Positions 11,512-22,465 of a stretch of DNA of 49,638 nt are shown here, piece after piece. The notes beneath the pieces are model-generated. The model was not told the DNA's origin. It was given only the letters and a program-made list of their open reading frames with translations, and made no database searches. The translations under genes and the position numbers were made by a program. The DNA is from Amoebophrya sp. A120 (lineage: Eukaryota; Protista; Dinoflagellata). Location: assembly GCA_905178155.1 (NCBI GenBank), contig CAJINV010000023.1, positions 754,775 to 804,412 on the forward strand. Reading direction: 5' to 3'. Every line of letters starts with the position of its first letter. Position 1 is the first letter of the stretch.

Positions 11512-14500
11512 ATGTTGGAAAAACATGATCCTCGGGCGACGTCGTCCAGGGAGGGCATTCACGGAACAAGCATGTCGAGACGACGGCTCGGCCTCGGTAC
11601 CGCCGCGTGTTTGGTCCTTCTCTTACTGCAGATCGTGCTTACGCGGATTCTGCTTGCTGCGGTGCAGGTAACAGATGGTGGAGGAGCAGTCGTGTGTGTC
11701 AAGACACAGCATCATTCGGGGACAGGTGCACGACCACAGGGAGTAGAACCAGCAGGAACATCTTCCCCATTGGCGCCTGTCCCCGGGGACAGGGAAAAGA
11801 ATCAAAGCACTAATAAAGGAGAATCTTTACAAAAAATGCCGAAGAACGGAGTAGTCCTCTCCTGCGGGAATGGTGCGCCAACCCTGGAAGCCGGACCGGG
11901 GGGGCGATTCTCATCAGAGGAGCTGGACAAGTTTGACTTGGAAGACCCTCGAGTGAGTCGGCTTCAACTAGTCGACGCCGTGAAGCGGTTCCGAAAACGC
12001 GTGAAGCAGCTTTATTCCAATAAAAAATCCACGACCCTCCCCACGCTCAAACGGAGATTTGTGTACCATGATTTGTGATCACAAGTCACCGATTGATTGT
12101 CATATGCTACAAGGGAAGTACAAGTAGAGACGCGAACTGTACTAGTAACGCTGGCTGGCGTGGGCGGTACTAAGCCTTGCGTCCTCACCAGCATGAACAG
12201 AAGCAACTGGAACGACGGGAAACAGCATGACAAGATGCCTGCAAACGGGGCCGCAGCTGTGTGGTCTGTTAGCCCTCTAGCAATATTACAAGGCAATCCT
12301 CCTACGCAAGTCCAGCATCACGAATTTCCTTTTCGATATGGGGAGGGAGAATTTCTCCTCGCAATAAGCCCGACGAGATGAACGCACAGCTGACTGCGCA
12401 GGTCTTGCAAGCAACAGAAACGCAGCAAATAACAGGCGGCGCTGCCTCGTCCAGCACCTCGTATCAACTGCAAATATGATCCCTGGACGATGTCTGGAAG
12501 GATGCAAGGTTTGTCATGCGAGGCTACCACAGCTTCCAACTCTGTAATGCGCGTTAAGTTATATCCCAAAAGCCACATTTCTCTGCAATACAGCGACGCA
12601 GTTTGTGATGCAAAGACAGCACAACAATACTTACAGTAACTGAAAAACAACTTGTCATGCTTGGCTGTCAATGGAGGCGCCCGCATGATTTTTCGCCAAG
12701 CAGCATCATAAGTTTCCAGACATCCAGGGATAATTGAAGTGGATAAGTCGGCGGGAGGTACGACTTCTACCAGTACTAGCGCGGGCTCTATCGAGAGGAA
12801 AAAATCTGCCCTCCCCATATCGAAGCAGAAGTTTATTGTAGTGCTGTATGATCTATTGCGTACACAAAGAAAGCGACTTGTATTGCCAGGAGGCCAAGAC
12901 TACACGCGGTTGCGGCTTTGTCTGCAGACATATGTTCTCGCGCAGTTTCCCGTCGTTCCAGATGCTGCGTGTCAACATGCTGAAGACGCAAGGCTTGATG
13001 TTACCAACGCCAGACGCAGTCCGTTGTTACAACGCACGGCGTTGTGGTGTCGCAGCGCCAAGCCCAAGGCCGGGGGGCAAAGTTGCCACAAAATCGATTT
13101 TGTGCCCCCCGCAGCGCGAGCGGCAGCGCCAGGTCTAAGGCCGCGGGGCAAAATTGCCGGGAAATCGATTCTATGCCCCTCTTGGCAAGGGCGGCGCCGC
13201 AGCCCCGCAGCGCCAGGCCGGAAGGCGCCGGGGGGAATTGCCGGAGAGCCGACCGACTGCTCGGTCGCCTTCTGAGCAAAGGCGGCGTAGCGGTGTCGCA
13301 CAGCCGGCCCCTAGGCCGCGCGGCAAAATTGCCAGGAAATCGATTTTGTATGTCTTTTAGCAAGAGCGGCGCTGCGGAACCGCAACGCCGCTCGCGCTAG
13401 TAGGCATACAAAATCGATTTTCGGGCAATTTTGCCGCGCGACCTTGACGAAACGAGGCCGGCGCGCCGGGAATTTTGCCCCGCTGCCCCAGGGCTGGGAT
13501 TGCTGGCGCTGTCACGCTGCAGCATCCCGCTTGTCAAGAGGGGCACAGGTTCGGTTTTCCGGCAATCTTGCCTCGCGCCTGCCTGGCGCTGCGACACTGT
13601 GGCGCGGCTGTTGCTAAGAGCGGCACATAATCGATTTCCCGGCAGTTTTATTCTGCCCCGCGGACTTAGGCCTGGCACTGCGGCTAAGGCGGGAACAGAT
13701 TCGGTCTTCCGGCACTTTTATTCTGCCCCGCGGCCTTAGACCTGGCGCTGCCTGCAACGAAGACGGGCACAGAGTCGATCTCCCGGCGATTTTGCTTTGT
13801 GGCCTTGTGCCTGTTGCTGCGCCACCGCAAGGCAGTAGTTGCACTGCCCCGCGGCCTCAGGCCTGGCGCTGCGAGTAAGAAGGGCACAGAGGCGATTTTC
13901 CGGCAATTTTGACTCGCGGCCTTGGCTTGGCGCAGCGACGCTAAAAGCCAGCTCTCTCTAAGATGCGCACAGACAAAACCGCCCCGCCGGCTGATTTTGC
14001 TTGCTTGTCGAAGTTGGGTCGCTGGTCGAATCATCATGGCGATTCTATCGCCAAAACCTCGCACACTTCCACAAGAATTCGGCGCATATTATGTAGGTAT
14101 TTGGACACCCAAAGGCGTGGCATTTGGGTACTCAAATACAGTAGCAGACTTCGAGCGAAGTGATGATGCAGGGGTTGTATAACTGAGTAACAACATGCTG
14201 AAGACGCAAGGCTTGTTGTTCCCAACGCCAGTCGGCACTACGGTCCGCATGATCTCTACTTCCCTTCTTGTAGCTGCATGACCACGTAAATATTTAAAAT
14301 TTGTGATCACAAATCACAAGACACATCAAATCTCCGTTTGAGTACTATGCTGGGGACAACGAGGGCGGATTTTTCATTGGAATAGGCTCAAACTCTTCAA
14401 AAACGTTACTGCTCGGCGGGAAAAAGGGCGGAGGTGGCCTGGCGAAGCAGAAAGGCGCGGCTCCATGCGGCGGCAATAAAACAGATCAGTTTCTAAGACC

Positions 14501-17500
14501 GTCTGCGATTCCGGACAAATCAGTAGCACCATGCGCAACGGCGTGGGAAAGAGTGGCGCCGTCACGGGACGCCGGCTTTGAAAATGGCACGAGGTACGCG
14601 GGCCCTTGCGACGTCGCAGCGGTGGACGGCAACATCACGAAAAAGTATGATGTGTGGCGGTGCCCAGAAACCGCGACGCGTGGGCACTTTTTCGTCCGAA
14701 ACCTGCGGTGTCAGGAAGGAAACGTGACTTTTTCCAATGATGCCGCCTACGTGCAGCGTGTCAAGAAGCTGGTTGGGTCCGACGAGTTCGAGTTCTACCT
14801 GTTGGGACCGGAGCTTCACGCACTAACGGATATCCTGAGTAAAAATGTCCCCACACCAGATTCAAGATGGGAAATCCGGTAGACAAATCAGCCACCTCTG
14901 GTTGTTTCGCATGACAAGTTTATCTCCGTAGTGTAATCCTGTTTAGCTAGTTGCGAAGCATTACAGATGTAGCACATCGTGCTGATTCTAGCATTGCAAA
15001 CTCCAAAACAGGACCAGAAAATGGCTCTCTTGGGGCTCCGCATGAGAAACCTTTTTGGCATGCAGGTTTGCATGACAAATCTGGGGTGGGGACATTTTTG
15101 CTCAGGATAACGGACCCCTCGGGTTTTCGAGTCCTCGGGGACTGCCAGTACCAGCTGCTGTACAACGTGACGACGCCGGGACGCTACCGCGCCGAACTGT
15201 GGATGCAGCGGGAGCGGTGGAGGGGAATCAGCGAAGCGGAGCCGAGAAAGTGGATAGCAGGGAACAACGACGACGTTCTAGGCTCGCAGGTGTTCATAGA
15301 CTTGGGAACAAGTGGAGCCGCCGCGGAGGGGGGCGCAAGCACAACCAGTACAACTGGAGCTGCTGACGTCCTCGCTGCCGGAACCGCTCAACAGCAACTT
15401 CCTCGGTGCGACTTGAAGAAAAATCCGGGTGACTTCGGGTTTGGCCGTATCCTGTGGAAATAAAACGGGGCCCACGACACCCCAGAGTTGTCATGCAGAT
15501 TTCTGATAATTCCAGGATAGAGCGCATAACCGTCCCCATCGTCTACTTCAGTAGAGGCATTATTATTTCAAATCGTGTACGAACTTTTGACATTTGTAAT
15601 GCTGAAAACAGGATGAGGAGCTGCAGGTGACATTTGTAATGCGTCCACGGCTGTGGTCCTTGCTAGAAGTACTAACCTGCTGAACTACAGTACAGAGAGA
15701 AATTTGTCATGCCTGCGCCCAAAACCTCTGGATCTGTGTTGCAGCATCGTGCCCATCTTGATTCTGGGGTGTGGGCGGCCCCTGATCTTTGCTCAGGATA
15801 GGCCGCTGGGTTTTTCGCGGCAACGGCACCGCGGGAGACGCGAAGCTGGCTATCCCACAGAAAAAAGCAGGTAGGGCATTTTCATATATGCAAAAATAGG
15901 TACGCAGAAAAATCTGCCATGGGCAACCCCATAGCATGCTGTTTAGGACATGCAGTGCAGATTTTTTTGTGGATTCATTTTTGCATTACAAATCTGACCT
16001 GCCTGCATTTTTCTGTGCGAAGCTGGCCGCGTACCGCCCAGAAATGGTGGCCCGCGAGAATTTATCCATTGCAAATATGTCTGGGTCTGGTAGAGTGCAC
16101 GAGGACAAATAAATGCTTATTTGCCTAGTAAGAAATGGGCCGCTTTTGGCGCGGATGCATCCAAAAATTTTTCCTATTCCAGAATCTGCATCACAAGTTG
16201 CAAAACCCTTCCAAACCCAGATCGTCGATATTTGCACTGCATAGAATTTGGGAACCTTCAAGGATCACTACGTGTGGGAGCCGCGCAACTGCCACCTGCC
16301 GTACTTGCCTGGGGACCGCGCCGCGCATATCCTGGGTAAAAACGTCCCCACACCTGAGTCAAGATGGGAAATCTACAACACAGGCCCCCAAGTTTTGAGA
16401 GTCCTGCATGAGAAGTTCTCATCTGCAGTGTAGTGCTGGTTAGCAAGCAAAGGCGCATGAAATGAAAGCCATTTTCTCATCGTGTTTACAGCATTACAAA
16501 TGCAAAAACACGAGTGCAAATGCCTCTCTTGGAAATGCGCATTACAAATGTTCCTGTCATTGCGCATTTGCATGACAACTCTGGGGTGGGGACGTTTTTA
16601 CACAGGATAGCGCAGTGCCTGCAGGGCAAGGGCATCCTGGTGGTGGGAGACTCACACGCGCGCACGCTCTACAACGCCCTCGTCAGCCACGTTTGCGGGC
16701 CCAAGGGGCCTCTAGGTGGGTGGCACTCGAATTCGTGCCTCGAAGGCAATGGCCTCCCGGACCGTTGCAAAAACATCAAGCTGTGCGTGCAGCACGACGT
16801 GTTCAACACCCAGCTGGCACAGACGCCCGAGAAGTCCAATCTTCAGAACTTTTATCGGAAGGAAAAGTCCCCCCTCCCCATATTGCAAAGGTATGTTTCC
16901 GAAAATTTGCGTTGCTGATTTGAGGTCACAAATCACATTTGTCTTGCAAGAAGACAAGGGCAGAAGCTTTCGCCCCATTATGGAAGCGATTCGCCATGCT
17001 GTTGGACCTAAAGAGACGCCGTTTGCCATGCTGAACAACTAGACCCAGACGCCCCTACCTAGCCTGGGGATCTGGCCGCAATGCCTCTCTGCAATACACA
17101 GCTGATTCGTGTACACAAATCCAGCGTCAGAAATTCCGTCTTGATATGGGGAGGGGGGATTTTTCATTTTGATAACTTTGACCTGGTCATTGCCGGGATG
17201 GGCCAGCACTCCTCTGCGGGTAACTCCCGCTGGAAAATTACCCCAGAGAAAAAGCCTGGCAGGGCATTGCTATCTACTATGTTCATGCGAAAAAAGAGGT
17301 CTACAGAGGCAGAGGTGGCGGGGAGGTCAAAAAGAGGTCGACAGAGATGGAGAGAATATATAGCAATGCCCTCGGCAGCTTTTTTCTGTGTGATAAAAAC
17401 AGCGAAGTACGTGGAGACAGTTTCGGCTCTATCAAAAGGAAAAATCCCCCGTCCCCATATCGAAAAGGAAATCTGTGATGCTGGATTTGCGTTGTACACA

Positions 17501-18072
17501 TATCACATCTGTCTTGCAATAGAGGACTGCAGGCATACGCCAACCCTGGGCAGCGAGGTTTTCACATAGGCGCCTAGCATTTTTACAAATGTCCACACTG
17601 TAGACCCACCAGCATCTTCACAAACCGCCTGCATAATGCGGCGTAGCCTGCTGTGGGGTTGCCTTCTTGCAACACAGGGACGATTTGTGCCCACAAATCA
17701 GCAGCGCAGATTTCCCGCGGCTTCCTTTTCGATATGGGGAGGGGGGTTTTTTGCTTGCGATAGGCCCGGGGTGCGGGTTTTGCGGCGGCGGTGAAAAAGT
17801 TCGGCAAGCCGATTTACTGGCACGATTTGAACGACTTTCCGTTTCGCAACGACGGGTTCGTCCGCGGCTTCCAGGATCGCCGTGGCCACTCTTTCATGCG
17901 GCTCTGGAACACGTACGCCGCCGAGGAAATGGACAAAAGACATATTCCGGTTCTACCCGCGTTTCCTAGCAGCCAAGCCTGGCAGCGCCAGACCGATGCC
18001 CACATGCCACTGCCAGTTCTTCAGGCGAGCGTGGCACAGTTTATCTGGAACGTCCTTGGCTGTAGTACGTAG
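11512..18072 (+). CDS. PC-esterase/NXPE-TBL-like (SGNH-fold) O-acyltransferase/esterase, type II membrane protein; 11 non-canonical introns (alternative ATGs 11464, 11572)
   Basis: TM LGTAACLVLLLLQIVL; GSDEFEFYLLGP; YQLLYNVTTPGRY; YVWEPRNCHLP; CLQGKGILVVGDSHAR (GDS); C-terminal TDAH; stop 18072. Confidence 0.85.
12013..12366. mobile_element. TIR introner, family A (decayed)
   Basis: AGCTT/AGCCC; 359 nt gives open exon DEMNAQL. Confidence 0.82.
12462..12745. mobile_element. TIR introner, family B-like
   Basis: CCTCG/AGTCG; 289 nt. Confidence 0.85.
12789..14384. mobile_element. Family A introner expanded to 1.6 kb by a nested insertion
   Basis: Perfect GGCTC; 1601 nt joins ORF 12739 to the frame of ORF 14553. 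Confidence 0.88.
13040..13960. repeat. GC-rich foldback array of degenerate units (GGCAAAATTGCC-GGAAATCGATT), inverted near 13400
   Basis: 13316-13357 is the near reverse complement of 13402-13440; units repeat on both arms. Confidence 0.8.
14831..15109. mobile_element. TIR introner, family C
   Basis: Perfect ACGGA; 284 nt. Confidence 0.95.
15448..15800. mobile_element. TIR introner, family C, reverse orientation
   Basis: Perfect GGCCG; 358 nt gives GRWVFRG. Confidence 0.9.
15851..16022. mobile_element. Short TIR introner
   Basis: CTGGC repeat (extends to GCGAAGCTGGC); CACAGAAAAA.GCAGG TIR; 177 nt. Confidence 0.82.
16063..16243. mobile_element. TIR introner, family B (short)
   Basis: Perfect GAATT; 186 nt. 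Confidence 0.9.
16328..16609. mobile_element. TIR introner, family C
   Basis: Perfect GCGCA; 287 nt. Confidence 0.95.
16853..17174. mobile_element. TIR introner, family A
   Basis: Perfect ACTTT; 327 nt. Confidence 0.93.
17239..17395. mobile_element. Short TIR introner, stop-free in frame
   Basis: AGGGCATTGCTAT/ATAGCAATGCCCT inverted repeat; AAAAT/AAAAC; 162 nt. Confidence 0.8.
17430..17762. mobile_element. TIR introner, family A
   Basis: GGCTC/GGCCC; 338 nt joins to ORF 17791. Confidence 0.9.
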
Positions 18073-18862
18073 TTGGAGCTATCCTCCATTCAAAAGCTCC
18101 ACCCCAGAGCGGCCGTATAACCTGCAAATATCGATCTGGGTCTGGAAGGTTGGAACTTGTATGTAATGCTGGTTTTTTTACCTTGTTCCTGTGAATAAAT
18201 CTGTGGGCATCGACCTGCACGGGCTCCATGTGTGCCGGAAGTAGCAGTGCAGCTACTGTGTGAGATGAGTTTTTTCTGCTCTCCCCGATAGAGAAAAGTG
18301 AAATGAAGGAAAAGCAGCCAGCGGAAGGATCATGACAAGCATGACGAGCAACCTTTTTGCCGCCCCCTTTTTTAGAAGTGCAACTTACAACTCCCTTGCG
18401 AGCATTAACACAAATAGCGCTCTCCGACCAAGAATGTAAAGTAGTGCAGTTGCACCAGCGTGCATAAACTTAGCCAATCAGATTACGCGGAGATCAGATG
18501 TTCTAAAATGAAACTAAACTATGCTGGTGCGGCGCGCTGAAGCGCGCCCCTAGTAAACTTCCTCATAATTTTGACTTCAAGTCCGTGGTTGAGGTCAGTT
18601 ACGTCTTCAAGCCTACTTGCGTAGTACTATGTCATACGCGGACGCAGCAGTTCCTGCGCCCTCGTGCAGAAGTGGGGTAGTAAAGTACCCCACGACCTCG
18701 CCCTCGGGGCAACTTTATTATTCTGTACCGAGGGACACAAATAAAAGTACATATAGAAGTATGGTCGACGCAGAAGGGGGAAGGACCACTACACAAGCGA
18801 CGGCTTTCGTGACGTGGCACAAGGACAGAGTGTTTCTTTCGTCTTGATAGCCTCGCCATTCC

Positions 18863-21733
18863 ATGCTCTGCGTGCTGGGCCTGGACCGTCTCGCGCGGTC
18901 GCTGGTGATCGCGTATTTTCTTTTTTTCTTCTTTTGCCTCGTGCGACACCGGCGCTCAGCTGCCCTCGGGCTGGAGGTGGGAGTAGCGCGCAGCAGTCCG
19001 CTAAAGGGCACACTGCCAACATCATCACACCTCGCGCGACCCCGAAAAAGGCTATTACAATGAAAAACGCCCCCTCCCCATATCAAAATGGAAATCTGTG
19101 ATGCAGATTTGTGGTCACAAATCAGTTTGTGATGTTAGAAGGCAAAAGATGCGGACTGTAGTGCTGTCTAGCGTGGGAAAGCCTTGCAGCTCCAGGATGA
19201 CAGGAGGCAACTGGAAGTGGGAAACGGCATGACAGATTACCTGCAATTTAGGCCGCAGCTTCGTCTCTTGGCCTTCTAGCAATACAAGTTGATTTGTGTA
19301 CTCAAACACAGCATCACAAATTCGCGCATCTTCCGTTTCCGATATGGGGTGGGGGCTTTTTTCACTTTGATAAAGGCCCGAGCCCGTTCACTTTGCGGAG
19401 GACCACTCTAATCTGGATCTGCACTTTATCAAAAGGAACAATCCCCCCTCCCCATATCGAAAAGGAAATCTGTGATGCTGGATTTGTGTACACAAATCGG
19501 ATTTGTCTTGGGGTGAAGGACTGCAGGCAGATATAAAGTCTGAGCAGGGTGCTTTCGTGTAGGCACCTAGCAAGGCAGGCGTGTCCTATGTAGGCCCTAC
19601 AGCATTACGAATTGCCTGCAAAATGCGGCGGAGTATAATCTGGATTTGCCTTCTTGCAATACAGAGACGATTTGCGCTCACTAATCAACATCACAAACTT
19701 TCAGAAGTGCCTCTTTTTGGTATGGGGAGGGGGAATTTTTCCTCTTAATACCCTTTCCAAGAACGCTATCCAAGTAGAGAAAATCAGCTGTCGATTAGTG
19801 TAGTAGTTGTCTTCGAGGAGAGGCATGACAATAAACTTCTTCCGAAACAAGACAGAGAAAGTTTGTCATGCGCAGCTGCTTAGGAGGTGTCTTCGAGGGA
19901 AGGCATGACAATAAAGTTCCTCCGCAACTTAGTTGTTGTACTATCGGTCTATATGAAAACAGCGATGAGAAGTTGACAATTCGTGGCTTTCTGGTACGAC
20001 AAGTGCTTATTGTTTGACATAGAAGTTCTGCTGCACATATTATATAACTTAAACTTTACACTCAGAATAGCTGCACAGAAGAAGTTTTTTTCTTGCATAA
20101 ACGCTCGGAAAGCTTCCGAAGCAGAGGTACACGGCGACCGCGAGGGCCGGCAACGATGAGGTTCTGCGGCTACTGCGCAGCGACAAGGTTTTCGTCGCGG
20201 CACGCCTTTCCTATAAAGGGGCAGAGGCGCAGGTTGCGCAGGCGATGATTCTCGGGAATACGAAAAGCGCCGGAACGCAGCTCCTGAAGGACGCCACCAT
20301 TATATTCAGAGGAAAAATGATCCCCCCTGCCCATTTTGAGAAGGTATGTTTTCGCAAATGTGTGCTGCTGAGTTGTAACCACAAATCAAGTTTGTCTTGC
20401 AAGAAGACAACTGCACAGGCCTCCGTGCCATAATGGAAGCGATTTGGCATCCTGTTGAGCCTAGAGGGCAGTCGTTTGCAGCGTCAATGCTAACCAATTA
20501 GACCCAGACGCCCCTACCTAGGCTACAGATCTGGCCGCAGTGCCTTACTGCAAGAAAATTATAGAGCGTATTTGTATAAGTACGCAAATTCAGCATCAGA
20601 AACGTCATTTTGATATGGGGAGGGGGGATTCATTTTCCTTTTTATACATCAATGCGGGAATCTATCCCATGACACAAGACGGGGTCGCCGCCTACGCCAA
20701 GGAGCTGTCGCGCTCCCTGGCCGAGCTTACTGAGGACGATCTCATCGCAGCGTTCGATTATTCAACCCGACCAAATGGAGAGATAGCGTCTCTCGAATCC
20801 AAGCTCTCCCGGGCCAAGGTTTACCCGAACCGTTTTTTGGAACCCTGGTATTTCCCCGAGAATCCGTGGTCAAGCGTACCAAATGAAAAAGAGATGTCCC
20901 GTCCCAACCCCAGAAGTTTCAAAAACGATATGTGTTGCATAAGATTTTCAAATGCGAATCTTTTTACCTATGCGTGCTTGGATTGGAACGCTGTCTCTCA
21001 TGCAGAGTGTAGGCACGCGAAGAAGTTCCTAGCTGACAGCCCAGCCTTGTAATGGGCCTTTTTGCAACTGAAATTTTTGCTATTCTTGTTCGAAAATAAC
21101 GCGTGACGCTGATACAAGAAAGGCGGCAGATGTTTCCATTGGGAACTTTTGCAACACAAACACCTTCATATTCTGGGGCGGCGGTAACATTTTTCACTTT
21201 GATAAAGCGCACTCGCCGGAAAAACCGTTCTGGTCATCGCTGCGATGGTAGAAAGTTTTCGATGCCAAATGCGTGAAGACCGCCGCCCAACCATTTGGAG
21301 CCACGTCAACAGCTCCATACTTCCCGAGTTTTCCATAAAATACGTGCCCTCGGTGCAATCCTGTTGCGGCCTCAGGCCCCACGCAAGCTGGACAGAGTCG
21401 CTCAAAGTGATGCAGAAGGCCATCGACGCTGTTGGCCACTTCGACGTGGCTCTGGTCGCGGCCGGGGCCTACGGCTTCCCCCTGGCCGCCTACTGCCGGC
21501 GCAAGCACAATCGGAGCGCCATAGTGATAGGAGGCGGGCTCCAGTTGCTTTTCGGAGTGAAGGGAAACCGTTGGGAAAAGCATCCCATAATTCGCCCGCT
21601 GTTCGGGTCGCAGTGGATTTACCCTCTGCTGTCTGAGGTCCCGAAGCAGGCTAATCTGGTAGAGGGCGCATGCTATTGGGGGCCCAAGGCTTTGAGCCTG
21701 GAGTACTGCCCCGCGACCCGGGGAAAGAAATAG
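18863..21733 (+). CDS. GT-D-fold-like putative glycosyltransferase of bacterial polysaccharide-locus type, with N-terminal anchor; 5 non-canonical introns (start uncertain)
   Basis: TM LVIAYFLFFFFCLV; NAGIYP; LEPWYFPENPWSSALAGKTVLVI; FDVALVAAGAYGFPLAAY; IVIGGGLQLLFGVKGNRWE; VEGACYW. Confidence 0.8.
19053..19372. mobile_element. TIR introner, family A (close relative of 28463-28783)
   Basis: Perfect AAGGC; 325 nt. Confidence 0.95.
19427..19750. mobile_element. TIR introner, family A, opposite orientation to 4212-4537
   Basis: CACTT/CCCTT; 329 nt. Confidence 0.9.
19767..20099. mobile_element. TIR introner with internal direct duplication
   Basis: Perfect AACGC; 338 nt; internal repeat TGTCTTCGAGG..AGGCATGACAATAAA. 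Confidence 0.85.
20303..20646. mobile_element. TIR introner, family A
   Basis: CATTA/CATCA; 349 nt joins ORF 20245 to ORF 20540. Confidence 0.88.
20877..21204. mobile_element. TIR introner
   Basis: Perfect AAGCG; 333 nt. Confidence 0.9.
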
Positions 21734-22465
21734 CACTGCCCCGCTGGACCCTCGTCCCCAAGGTTGAAAAACGTGCCGTGCGAGACAATAGTCCAAAACA
21801 GCTCTTGTTGTGATAGTAGCCGAATAAACCAAACGCCCGCACTGATGTCGGAAAGAATGGCGTCCAGACGACAGAAGTTCGTGGTTCTATGGTGGCACGC
21901 AAGACGCAAGCGGTTCGATAGTCTCATCTTTTTCCGTACAGCTTATCAATAGCCACGTAGCTGAGTGCGTCTAGACCTCTAGTCGGAACCAACAGCGAGG
22001 AAGGACCCATAATAAGCAGGAGGCTGCCGTTTCTATAGTACGAGGGAGTGCGTATAAGCATCTCTAACTCAGCGCAGAAGTTCGCTCCGGCTATTGTGCT
22101 CTACAACAAACACTTTACTTTTTGACTTTGCATGGCAATATAAGAAGGCTGCTGTTTCTAGCAACGCGGCCAGCTCCCGAGCTCGTTCGCCTGGCATATT
22201 CATTTGTCTGCAGCGATCGAGTAAACTTCGTCAGAATGCTGGCCCAGCGCGCTCTCTCTTGAACTGCGTTTCAAGGTCTTTTTGATTTGCTGCAGAGGGA
22301 AATAAACGCCGAAGAAGCCAAGCACCTGCCTGCTCTCGACTGTGGACCACGGTGCCAAACATTTAGACCCCCGCAACCCAGCCCAAAAACGAGGCGAAGA
22401 AAGAAACCACTGACCGAGTTAGCAGAAGTCGAGGCTGAAACATCAAGGCTAGTAAAAAATAAAGG

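Noticed and set aside
18117-18170. Family B terminus just after the PC-esterase stop
   Set aside because: No matching second terminus or 5-mer repeat found; probably a truncated remnant.
18617-18854. Upstream exon and introner extending the GT-D-like gene
   Set aside because: Weak TIR, no 5-mer repeat, and element+5 does not preserve frame.
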